From the NCBI GenBank assembly GCA_963701295.1, contig OY969585.1, forward strand, positions 1,856,001-1,920,000: DNA of 64,000 bases, read 5' to 3'. Below, piece after piece: positions 39,517-49,341 of this stretch (positions are counted from its first letter, which is position 1; the number at the start of each line of letters is the position of its first letter). The position numbers and the translations under genes are program-made. The stretch is from Ignavibacteriota bacterium (GTDB taxonomy: Bacteria; Bacteroidota; Ignavibacteria; UBA10030). Below the pieces are notes generated by a model, which was not told where the DNA came from, searched no databases, and was given only the letters and a program-made list of their open reading frames with translations.

Positions 39517-40332
39517 ATGGAACTACACCAAAAATATTCCATCATCGAGGTTGCTCACCTTGTGAAGAAGTTTAAAGATTTCGCTGCGGTTGATAATATA
39601 TCGTTTTCTGTTGAAGCTGGAGAGATATTCGCGTTCTTGGGTCCCAATGGCGCAGGGAAATCCACGACCATCAAAATGCTTATTACGCTTCTTACACCTA
39701 CAAGCGGTACGGCTATAATTGATAGACACGATATTGCACATCATGCTTCCGAGGTACGTAAAACGATTGGTTATGTACCGCAGATGATTTCCGTGGATGG
39801 TACGCTCACAGCATACGAGAATCTTATGCTGATGGCGCGGCTCTACGATATTCCAAGAGCAGAGCGCAAAGAGCGCATCAAAGAGGTACTATTGTTTTTA
39901 AAGCTCGAGGAACAGACGGATTCACTTGTTAGAACGTTTTCCGGCGGTATGGTCCGCAAGATGGAAGTCGGGCAAGCCATGCTTCATCGTCCCAAAGTAT
40001 TGCTGCTCGACGAACCAACAACAGGACTTGATCCTGTTGCACGGCAAAATGTTTGGGAGCATCTTCTTGAGTTAAGGGACACCTTCGGTACGACTATCTT
40101 CTTCTCCACACATAATATGGAAGAAGCGGATGGAGTGAGCGATCGCATCGCTGTGATGAACAGGGGAACAATTGCTGCGATGGGGAATGCAGAAGAACTG
40201 AAGGCAAAAACCGGAAAGCTGAATGCCACGCTCGAAGAAGCTTTTATTTTCATTACCGGCAATAAGCTTCAGGAGACAGGCAACTTCCGAGAAATCCGCA
40301 GAGCAAGAAAAGTTGAACGAAGATTAGGATAG
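39517..40332 (+). CDS. ABC-2/DrrA-type exporter ATP-binding protein
   Basis: GPNGAGKST, FSGGM, LLLDEPTTGLDP, STH. Confidence 0.92.
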   Translation: MELHQKYSIIEVAHLVKKFKDFAAVDNISFSVEAGEIFAFLGPNGAGKSTTIKMLITLLTPTSGTAIIDRHDIAHHASEVRKTIGYVPQMISVDGTLTAYENLMLMARLYDIPRAERKERIKEVLLFLKLEEQTDSLVRTFSGGMVRKMEVGQAMLHRPKVLLLDEPTTGLDPVARQNVWEHLLELRDTFGTTIFFSTHNMEEADGVSDRIAVMNRGTIAAMGNAEELKAKTGKLNATLEEAFIFITGNKLQETGNFREIRRARKVERRLG

Positions 40333-40349
40333 ATGATCATCAAATAAAT

Positions 40350-41126
40350 ATGTTTTACTATTTATTACAGACAATTAAAAAATCTTACGTGCTCGCTGAG
40401 ACAGAAACGCGCAAACTTCTCCATGATCCGACGGAACTCATCTCGCGTGCGATACAACCGATTCTCTGGCTGGGCATTTTTGGCGAAGCGATGAGTAAGG
40501 TACGAGCGATTCAGACACAAGGGTTGACATATCTTCAGTTCATTGCACCGGGAATTCTTACACAATCCGTCGTATTCGTTGCCATCTTCTACGGTCTTTA
40601 TATTATCATGGACCGAGATACAGGTATATTACAAAAACTCCTGGTTACACCAACGCCGCGCCTCGCATTGGTTTGGGGTAAAATGATTTCTGCGGGCATA
40701 AGAGGCTTAAGCCAGGCGCTCATTGTTTTCCTTTTTGCTATTATCCTCGGCATTCAATTGAATATCACTTTCTGGTCTATCTTCGGAGTAATCATTATTG
40801 TCATGCTTGGTGCGGGTTTTTTCACTGGCCTTTCCATGATTATCGCCTCGATTGTGAAAACCAGAGAAAGGTTCATGGGAATCGGCCAAGTAATTACGCT
40901 GCCATTATTCTTTGCCTCGAATGCTATTTATCCAATTTCAATTATGCCTGCATGGCTTCAAGCAGTAGCGAACGTAAATCCATTAAGTTATATGGTAGAT
41001 GGATTGCGCGCGCTCATGCTCTCAGGAAATATTTCGGGAGTAGGTTTCGATATCGGCATACTTGCTACTGCCACACTGCTTATTTCAATACTCAGTGCAT
41101 GGTTTTATCCAAAGGTGGTGATATAA
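40350..41126 (+). CDS. ABC-2/DrrB-type permease
   Basis: YLQFIAPGI, DRDTG, PLFFASNAIYP, NPLSYMVDGLR. Confidence 0.9.
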   Translation: MFYYLLQTIKKSYVLAETETRKLLHDPTELISRAIQPILWLGIFGEAMSKVRAIQTQGLTYLQFIAPGILTQSVVFVAIFYGLYIIMDRDTGILQKLLVTPTPRLALVWGKMISAGIRGLSQALIVFLFAIILGIQLNITFWSIFGVIIIVMLGAGFFTGLSMIIASIVKTRERFMGIGQVITLPLFFASNAIYPISIMPAWLQAVANVNPLSYMVDGLRALMLSGNISGVGFDIGILATATLLISILSAWFYPKVVI

Positions 41127-41129
41127 ACT

Positions 41130-41702
41130 ATGGAAAATTTGACCATTGATAAATCAAAGACAGCATTGGTTGCCATCGATCTCCAAAAAGGTGTTGCCGG
41201 ACGACAAACTGTTCCATATGCACCCGATATTGTAATAAAAAATGCTGCAATGCTTGCGGAGGCATTTAGAAAAAATAGCATGCCTGTATTTTTGGTACGA
41301 GTGACTCCTTCGCTGGACGGGAAAGACGCGTTACGTCCTATTGCTGATGCGCGAAGGCCGATACAAACTCCTCCATCAGATTGGGCAGAAATTGTTCCAG
41401 AGATGGGGCCGAAGCAAAGTGATTTCGTGATCACCAAACATCAGTGGGGAGCTTTCTACGGTACAGAGCTTGATTTGGAATTTAGAAGACGCGGCATAAC
41501 AACAATGGTTCTGTGCGGAATAGCGACCAATTTTGGTGTTGAGAGCACAGCTCGATTTGCTTATGAGTATGGATACCAGCAAATATTTGCAGAAGATGCC
41601 ATGGCCGCTATGTCGGTCGAAGAACATACATTTCCGATCACAAAAATATTTCCGCGCATTGGACTTGTAAGGAAAACCTTAGAAATATTGGCTAGCTTGT
41701 AA
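41130..41702 (+). CDS. Isochorismatase-family hydrolase
   Basis: TALVAIDLQ, KHQWGAFYGTELD, GIATNFGVESTAR. Confidence 0.88.
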   Translation: MENLTIDKSKTALVAIDLQKGVAGRQTVPYAPDIVIKNAAMLAEAFRKNSMPVFLVRVTPSLDGKDALRPIADARRPIQTPPSDWAEIVPEMGPKQSDFVITKHQWGAFYGTELDLEFRRRGITTMVLCGIATNFGVESTARFAYEYGYQQIFAEDAMAAMSVEEHTFPITKIFPRIGLVRKTLEILASL

Positions 41703-41868
41703 TTTAGAAAAATCCTCGCAGGTACGCAAAGTAAAGAGGTACCTTAAAATTGTCCATACTAAGACCCTCGCCGCAGAGAAGAAGTTGTTGTAGAGGTTGA
41801 TCGGTTGAAGCATGAGATGGATAAACAGGTGACGAAGTATTAATATATTTAAAGAGGAGATGAAATAT

Positions 41869-42879
41869 ATGAACACACGATTTCTCGGAAATACCGGAGT
41901 AAGAGTCTCCGAACTTTGTTTCGGCGCTATGACTTTCGGCGGCAAGGGTTACTGGAAGAATATTGGACAGGTAGAACAGAAAGAAGCCGACGAACTGGTG
42001 AACACAGCAATAGAGGGTGGAATAAACTTCTTTGATACCGCGAACGTGTATTCTGAAGGACGGTCTGAAGAAATCCTCGGCAAAGCGCTCGGCAATAGGC
42101 GGAGAGACATTGTCCTCGCAACGAAGGTCAGAGGGAGAACTGGCACCGGCCCTAATGATGTTGGCCTTTCACGAAAGCACATTATCGATTCCTGCAATGC
42201 GAGTCTCAAGAGACTCGGCACAGATTACATAGATCTGTACCAGGTTCACAGTTTCGATCCATGGACTCCGCTTGATGAGACCCTCCGAACTCTTGATGAT
42301 TTAGTAAGGGAGGGGAAAGTAAGATACATCGGGGCGTCCAATTTTACGGGCTGGCAATTGATGAAAGCGCTAGCCATCTCCGAAAAACAAAACCTTGGGA
42401 AATTTGTAACGCTTCAGGCATTATATTCCCTGATCGCCCGCGACCTTGAGAACGAGCTTGTTCCGCTCTCGCTTGATCAAAAACTCGGGATTCTTCCCTG
42501 GAGTCCGTTGGGCGGTGGCTTTTTAACAGGAAAGTACCGACGCGGCATGCCGCGGCCGGAAGGTGCTAGAAGATCTGACCCGACCAATCAATTCCTCCAA
42601 TTCGATGAAGAAAAGGGATTCGACATTGTAGATGAGCTGGAGAAAATAACTCGTAACCATGGCACAACGATTACGCAGGCAGCGCTGAACTATCTGCTCA
42701 GGAAACCCGGTGTTACTTCAGTCATAATCGGCGCAAAAAATAAAGAGCAACTCACCGACAATCTCAAAACTGTTGATTGGGAGATGACCGCTGAAGAAGT
42801 CGTTCGACTCGATGAGTTGAGCAAGCCGCCTAAGGTGTATCCATACTGGATGCTCGAAAGGATGTCGATGGACAGATGA
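41869..42879 (+). CDS. Aldo/keto reductase
   Basis: GINFFDTANVY, ATK, LGTDYIDLYQVH, YIGASN, WSPLGGG; second ATG is better spaced from GAGGAG. Confidence 0.92.
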   Translation: MNTRFLGNTGVRVSELCFGAMTFGGKGYWKNIGQVEQKEADELVNTAIEGGINFFDTANVYSEGRSEEILGKALGNRRRDIVLATKVRGRTGTGPNDVGLSRKHIIDSCNASLKRLGTDYIDLYQVHSFDPWTPLDETLRTLDDLVREGKVRYIGASNFTGWQLMKALAISEKQNLGKFVTLQALYSLIARDLENELVPLSLDQKLGILPWSPLGGGFLTGKYRRGMPRPEGARRSDPTNQFLQFDEEKGFDIVDELEKITRNHGTTITQAALNYLLRKPGVTSVIIGAKNKEQLTDNLKTVDWEMTAEEVVRLDELSKPPKVYPYWMLERMSMDR

Positions 42880-42886
42880 GGTGTCA

Positions 42887-43657
42887 ATGAAACTCAAAGA
42901 TAAAATTGCAATTGTTACAGGTGGCGGGCGCGGAATCGGAAAAGCAATCGCCGAGGCCTTTGCCCGCGAAGGAGCGAACGTTGTCGTCACCGCAGCGCGG
43001 CAGAGAAACGAAATCGAACAGGTCGCGTCGAAAATTGGCGGCACCGCCGTCTTATCGAATGTTTCGAATAAAGACGATGTACGGAAACTTGTCGATTCTG
43101 TCGTCTCGGAATTCGGCAGAATCGACATACTGGTCAACAATGCCGCGCGAGGAATGAAATTTGTCAATGAGAGTTTTATGACGGAATCGAAGCCTTTCTG
43201 GGAAGCGGATCCTGACATGTGGCGGATGGTCATAGACACAAACATAAGCGGTGTTTTCCTGATAACTCGAGCAGTGATCCCTCACATGCTTGAGCAAAGA
43301 TTTGGAAGGATCATCAATATTTCGATTAATCATGAAACGATGAAGCGCAAAGGGTTCACTCCTTATGGTTCGTCTAAGGCAACGCTCGAATCGATGAGCG
43401 CTATCTGGGCACTGGAATTGGAAGGCACGGGAATAACTCTCAACGTCTTACTCCCCGGTGGGGCGACAAACACTGGAATGATTCCGGACACATTTCCAGA
43501 ACCTAAAAGAAAAGAGCTAATTGATCCCGCCATAATGGGACCGCCTGCAGTTTATCTGGCTTCAGATAATGCAAGTGGGATCAACGGACAACGGATAATT
43601 GCGATTGAATGGAAAGAACACAAAGTGACCAGCAATAAAAAAGCTTTTGAATTTTAA
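42887..43657 (+). CDS. Short-chain dehydrogenase/reductase
   Basis: TGGGRGIG, LVNNA, YGSSK (YxxxK). Confidence 0.9.
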   Translation: MKLKDKIAIVTGGGRGIGKAIAEAFAREGANVVVTAARQRNEIEQVASKIGGTAVLSNVSNKDDVRKLVDSVVSEFGRIDILVNNAARGMKFVNESFMTESKPFWEADPDMWRMVIDTNISGVFLITRAVIPHMLEQRFGRIINISINHETMKRKGFTPYGSSKATLESMSAIWALELEGTGITLNVLLPGGATNTGMIPDTFPEPKRKELIDPAIMGPPAVYLASDNASGINGQRIIAIEWKEHKVTSNKKAFEF

Positions 43658-43690
43658 GAATTACGAGTAAATATTTTAACGGAAGAAATA

Positions 43691-44677
<987 letters not shown>

Positions 44678-44876
44678 AACAAAATTAAAATGGGCTGCCC
44701 CAAAATTATATATCGATATTGAGTTAGTATATTTTCATTTTGATTGTGCTGTAATGATGTATACACGTCGAGACATCATATGGCATTTGTAGATTAAGCC
44801 GTAACAGTGAAATCGTGGGTTCGTAACTGGGTCATGAAAAAAAAGAGACCGAATCTTTTCAGAATCGGCCGAAAAA

Positions 44877-44885
44877 GTAGCGGGG
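44877..44885 (-). repeat. Short att-like remnant of the tRNA-Met 3' end
   Basis: GTAGCGGGG (as at 53905-53913) preceded by an A-run and imperfect hairpin, the same layout as beside the intact tRNA. Confidence 0.4.
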
Positions 44886-45552
44886 TCCGCCACGTACTGC
44901 CGGGAAAGACTCATATTTCTGCATCTCCTGCTGAAATCAGCACTTCAAAATGGGAAACATCCCCCTTTTCGTATCATAAGCATGCTTCTCGGTTAATTCG
45001 GTTAATAGAACCCTCTGCATCTGAGTTACAATCGCCTGAAACCAGAACACTCTTTTCTTGTATCTCTTTAATTACTGAAATCCTTTTAGAATAGGCATTC
45101 AATCGCTCGAATCGGAGCGGGATCAATACCTCAAGGACTTTGGTTCAAATAGATTCAGCTTTGTTCGTGAAATTGCAGAACGGGTTGTCGAACAAAATTC
45201 CAATATGACCAGAGTTAGCGAACGAAGTGAAGCTAACTATGTTGTCAAATTGAGGATCCCGCTAATGAGCATATCCCAAGAAAGCGGGACAATCAACTAA
45301 TTCAAAAACTCGAATCGCTGATAGGAGAGGGCGTGCCATTCTGACTTTATCTTACAAATACATTTCGCGTTTCCCCACCCTCATTATTTCAGATTTTTCC
45401 CTGTCGATAATGCAGCACTTGTGCCCATAAAAGGATTAATCCCTTTTTCATCCCTTAGACCTATTTCCGATTAAACAAATAGTCAGTATTCTTTTTAAAC
45501 TAAAAATATAAAGTGTTAACTCCTGAAGGTAGCTGGCAATATTCTTTTCGTT

Positions 45553-45686
45553 GCTTGACTAAAAATAAGTTGACGGATGAATCGGGGTAAAGAGAAGTAT
45601 TTATTGGATGAGATGTGTGGAATGTGAGATAGATGAAAAGGCGAAGAAGAATTGATATGCCGCAACTTATGCGCCATCCGTTAGGC
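45553..45686 (+). mobile_element. Solitary, left-degenerate integron attC-like site
   Basis: Ends in GTTAGGC (GTTRRRY); ATAAGTTG(A)CGG at 45565 pairs with CCGCAACTTAT at 45660 with one extrahelical base; no clean RYYYAAC. Confidence 0.5.
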
Positions 45687-45733
45687 GGCTAATATTGTGT
45701 AAAATATTTCATAATCATTTAGGGAAACATGAA

Positions 45734-47419
45734 ATGAAAACACACTTATTATTTCTATCATTTTACTTAGTTTTTTTTGCAAGTATTAGATTATTTGCTT
45801 TTAGCGGAAGCGGTTCTGGTACTTCCGGCGATCCGTATTTGGTTACATCAGCTTCACAAATTGATGAAGTGCGAAACAATCTAACTACTTATTACAAACA
45901 AACTATTGATATCGATATAAGCGGTTATTCTAACTGGTCGAAGATCGGAACAACTACAACCGCCGGTACTAATTTTATAGGTACTTATGACGGCAATGGG
46001 TATAAAATTACAGGACTTATTATTACTTCCACTACTGATAGCTACAACGGTTTATTCGGTGTTATAGGTTCTGGAGGAACAGTAAAAAATCTTGGTGTGA
46101 CAGGAGCAAGTGTATCCAGTAGTACTGCAGGACTTGGAATACTTGCAGGTTATAATTATGGAGGTACCGTTGAAAATTGTTATTCAACCGGTACTGTTAC
46201 AAGCAGCGGCAATAATGCCGGCGGGCTTCTTGGAACGACATCAGGTGCGGTGATGGAATGCTATTCTTCTGCAAACGTTACCGCAAATGGAACGTCTTCA
46301 ACAAATATTGGGGGCTTGATAGGAAACAGTAATTCGGGAGCTTCAATAAGCCAGTGCTATTGTACAGGGAATGTAATGAATAATGGTACAAGTGTTATTT
46401 CTATAACAGGGGGATTTATAGGAATTGCAAGTTGTTCTATAGATAATTGTTATTCATCTGGCAATGTTCAGAACAGCACTGGAAGGGCAGGAGGGTTTAT
46501 GGGTGGCACTGGCGCTAATACTCCTGCAATTACAAATTGTTATTCAGTAGGACATGTGACCGCCGCAACCCAAGGTGGTTTTGTTGGTTATTATAATACG
46601 GGTACTTTTACCAGTTGTTATTTCGATTCCGATAAAGCGGGAATGACAAATACTTATGGGGGATATGTGACTTCCGCCCCCACTGGCATAACAGCCAAAA
46701 CTACAGCAGAAATGAAAACGCAATCTACATTTACAGATGCCGGCGGGAATTTTACAACTACATGGGAAATTGTTTCAGGGTTTTATCCGCGATTAAAAAG
46801 TATTCCGGACCCTGCACTTCCTGTTGAGCTTACTTTTTTTATTGCATCCGTCAGCGGCAATACTGTTGCTCTACGTTGGAACACAGCAACCGAAGTGAAC
46901 AACTACGGCTTCGAGATCGAACGCCGAGCAATCGTCAATCAGAACCTCTCCATCTCCTCCCCTAATAGGGGAGGGCTAGGGTGGGGTTGTATTGGTTTTG
47001 TGGCTGGTAACGGGACGAGCAATGCACCAAAAGAATATTCATTTATGGATATTACAGGCGCTGCGGGAAGTTATGTTTATCGGCTAAAACAAATTGATCA
47101 GGACGGTTCTTTCAAATACTCTCAATCAGTTGAAGTTACTACACAAGCGCCGAAACAATTTTCGCTTGCTCAAAATTATCCGAATCCATTCAATCCCACT
47201 ACGACAATAGAGTTTACACTAGCAGAAAACAGCAATGTAACTCTCAAAATATTTGATATTCTTGGTCGGGAAGTGACAACGCTGGTTGATGGGGGACGAA
47301 AAGTGGGAGTATCTTATAAAGAAAACTTTGATGCTTCAAAATTGGCATCGGGATTATATTTCTATCGTTTACAAACAGAAAAGAATTCGTTGGTAAAAAA
47401 ACTGATGCTGCTAAAATAG
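45734..47419 (+). CDS. Secreted GLUG-repeat beta-helix protein with T9SS type A C-terminal domain
   Basis: Signal peptide; GTSGDPY, FIGTYDGNG, repeated GG(L/F)xG..CYS.G.V; LPVEL, LAQNYPNPFNPTTTI..LASGLYFYRL. Confidence 0.85.
   Translation: MKTHLLFLSFYLVFFASIRLFAFSGSGSGTSGDPYLVTSASQIDEVRNNLTTYYKQTIDIDISGYSNWSKIGTTTTAGTNFIGTYDGNGYKITGLIITSTTDSYNGLFGVIGSGGTVKNLGVTGASVSSSTAGLGILAGYNYGGTVENCYSTGTVTSSGNNAGGLLGTTSGAVMECYSSANVTANGTSSTNIGGLIGNSNSGASISQCYCTGNVMNNGTSVISITGGFIGIASCSIDNCYSSGNVQNSTGRAGGFMGGTGANTPAITNCYSVGHVTAATQGGFVGYYNTGTFTSCYFDSDKAGMTNTYGGYVTSAPTGITAKTTAEMKTQSTFTDAGGNFTTTWEIVSGFYPRLKSIPDPALPVELTFFIASVSGNTVALRWNTATEVNNYGFEIERRAIVNQNLSISSPNRGGLGWGCIGFVAGNGTSNAPKEYSFMDITGAAGSYVYRLKQIDQDGSFKYSQSVEVTTQAPKQFSLAQNYPNPFNPTTTIEFTLAENSNVTLKIFDILGREVTTLVDGGRKVGVSYKENFDASKLASGLYFYRLQTEKNSLVKKLMLLK
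46954..46988. repeat. GC-rich palindromic element inside the coding sequence
   Basis: CCTCCCCT-AAT-AGGGGAGG hairpin plus GCTAGGGTGGGG tail in an otherwise AT-rich gene. Confidence 0.6.
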
Positions 47420-47507
47420 ATGATGGATAACGGTACATGAAAAAAAAGGCTGAGAAAATATCCCAGCTATTTTCATTCTTCATTCTAAAATCTACCATCT
47501 GAAATCC

Positions 47508-47520
47508 TTTGTAGCGGGGG
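47508..47520 (-). repeat. att-like copy of the tRNA-Met 3' end (internal boundary)
   Basis: TTTGTAGCGGGGG identical to 53902-53914; adjacent 47534-47579 resembles 39035-39080. Confidence 0.7.
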
Positions 47521-47602
47521 GGCGAACTGTTGCGAACTCATACGCGAATTTGAAGCTCCTTTCAGCGATTTTATGTAAATTTCAACGAAAGTAATCTTTA
47601 AT

Positions 47603-47657
47603 TTGACTTTTTTTGAAACTTTTATTATAATTAGACCGTAATACGAATATAGTCGAA
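47603..47657 (+). promoter_or_regulatory. Sigma70 promoter and candidate TetR operator
   Basis: TTGACT-N17-TATAAT followed by the pseudo-palindrome TTAGACC-N13-AGTCGAA. Confidence 0.7.
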
Positions 47658-47666
47658 AGGACTAAA

Positions 47667-48239
47667 ATGAACAAAGATGATATTATCAGAGCCGAAATTT
47701 TAAAAGCTGCCGAATATGTTTTTCAGAAATGGGGATTGAATAAGACCACAATGGAGGATATTGCTCGCGAAGCAGGTAAAGGAAAAAGTACTCTTTATTA
47801 TTATTATCTGAGTAAAGAAGAAATATTTGATGCCGTAGTTATTGGTGAGTTTGCGCAGATACTTAAAAAAGCGAAAGAACTAGCGGAAGAAACAAAAACA
47901 GCAAAAGAAAGATTGATCAAATATATCGTCGAGTCGATTAATGAAATGAAAAACAGGGTCAGCACCTATACTATTGTACATGAAGAAATTAGGCGCAATC
48001 AAAATTTCATTAAAAAATTGCGCGATAAGTTTCAGGCACAAGAAGAAAGATACATCGAGGAGATATTGAAGGTTGGTTTGAAAAACAAAGAATTTACATT
48101 TATCGATAAAAGTGAAGTAACAACAGCTGCAAAAACAATCACAGGAATGATGCATGCGCTAGAGCTTTATTTGTTATTGGAAAATGATGATACCGCTCAA
48201 ATTGACATCGCTGCCCGTTTTATCGCAAATGGACTTTAA
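47667..48239 (+). CDS. TetR/AcrR-family transcriptional regulator
   Basis: TTMEDIAREAGKGKSTLYYYY.SKEE HTH. Confidence 0.92.
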   Translation: MNKDDIIRAEILKAAEYVFQKWGLNKTTMEDIAREAGKGKSTLYYYYLSKEEIFDAVVIGEFAQILKKAKELAEETKTAKERLIKYIVESINEMKNRVSTYTIVHEEIRRNQNFIKKLRDKFQAQEERYIEEILKVGLKNKEFTFIDKSEVTTAAKTITGMMHALELYLLLENDDTAQIDIAARFIANGL

Positions 48240-48257
48240 GTTTTTTTTTGTCAATAA

Positions 48258-48284
48258 TTCGACCATAATACCGTATTGGTCTAA
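48258..48284. promoter_or_regulatory. Second candidate TetR operator
   Basis: TTCGACC-N13-GGTCTAA, an inverted version of the 47631-47657 site. Confidence 0.55.
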
Positions 48285-48303
48285 TAATCCAAAGGATACA
48301 ATT

Positions 48304-49341
48304 ATGAAAAATAAAAAGAATCAACTTGTCATTTTCTTTATTGGAATCGCACTTTCTGTGTGTGGCTGTTCCGGTAATTCTGGCGATCAAAATAATACTT
48401 CTGTTAAGGTTCAGGTTGAAAAAGTAAAACCCGCCGATGTAAGTCAGGAGCTTTCATACAGCGGCACCATCGAAGAATCCGAAACCATTCCGCTTAGTTT
48501 TTCTTCGGTAGGAACTGTGTCGAAAGTATTTGTTTCCGAAGGTGCAATTGTAAGGAAGGGACAAATCCTTGCGGAATTAGACAATGCAACGTATCAAAAT
48601 ACCTATGCTATGATGCATGCGTCCGAGGAGCAGGCAGAAGATGCTTTTAAACGCTTAACGCCGATGCATAATAATGGTAATCTGCCGGATGTAAAATATG
48701 TAGAAGTGGAAACCGGCTTGCAAAAAGCAAAAGCGGGAGCATCCATTGCAAGGAAAAATTTGGATGACTGCAAGTTATATGCAACCACCGATGGACATAT
48801 CGGTAAACGATCCATCGAGCCCGGCATGACCGCTATGCCGAACCTCACTTCGATTACGATTGTGAAAATAAACAAAGTGTTTGCCCGTGTATCGGTTTCG
48901 GAGAATGAAATTGCACAAATTCACAAAGGGCAAAAAGCAAATATAACAATTGGCGCATTGGGATCTGTGATCTATAATGGCGTGGTGGAAGAAATCGGTG
49001 TTGTTGCGGACCCAATAGCACATTCGTATAAAATAAAAATTGGAATAGAGAACAAAGATTTATCCATCAAGCCGGGGATGATCTGTTCTACAATCATTGA
49101 AAGCCCAAACGCATTCCACGGTGTCGTTGTTCCGAGCAGAGCGGTTATGATCGATGAGTCGGGAAAGAATTTTGTATATGTCGTTTCATCACAAAACAAA
49201 GCAATGCGCAAATATATTCTCACCGGTCAGTTGCTGAACAGCGGTATTGAAGTACTGGATGGATTACAAATGAACGATACGATCGTTGTGGAAGGCCAAC
49301 ATAAACTCATTGAAAACGCCTTTGTGCAAATTGTGAATTAA
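48304..49341 (+). CDS. RND efflux membrane fusion protein
   Basis: ATG 48304 after AAGGA; possible lipobox VCGC; V.EG..V.KGQILA.LD; IKPGM; I..GL..ND.IVVEG. Confidence 0.9.
   Translation: MKNKKNQLVIFFIGIALSVCGCSGNSGDQNNTSVKVQVEKVKPADVSQELSYSGTIEESETIPLSFSSVGTVSKVFVSEGAIVRKGQILAELDNATYQNTYAMMHASEEQAEDAFKRLTPMHNNGNLPDVKYVEVETGLQKAKAGASIARKNLDDCKLYATTDGHIGKRSIEPGMTAMPNLTSITIVKINKVFARVSVSENEIAQIHKGQKANITIGALGSVIYNGVVEEIGVVADPIAHSYKIKIGIENKDLSIKPGMICSTIIESPNAFHGVVVPSRAVMIDESGKNFVYVVSSQNKAMRKYILTGQLLNSGIEVLDGLQMNDTIVVEGQHKLIENAFVQIVN

Noticed and set aside
41703-41859. Possible gene remnant (..EEVVVEVDRLKHEMDKQVTKY*)
   Set aside because: Too short to assign to a family
44807-45300. 95-aa ORF crossing the att-like 9-mer, and hairpins AGTTAGC/GCTAACT and TCCCGCT/AGCGGGA
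   Set aside because: No recognisable protein motif or RBS; the hairpins are short single copies, probably debris of a decayed element
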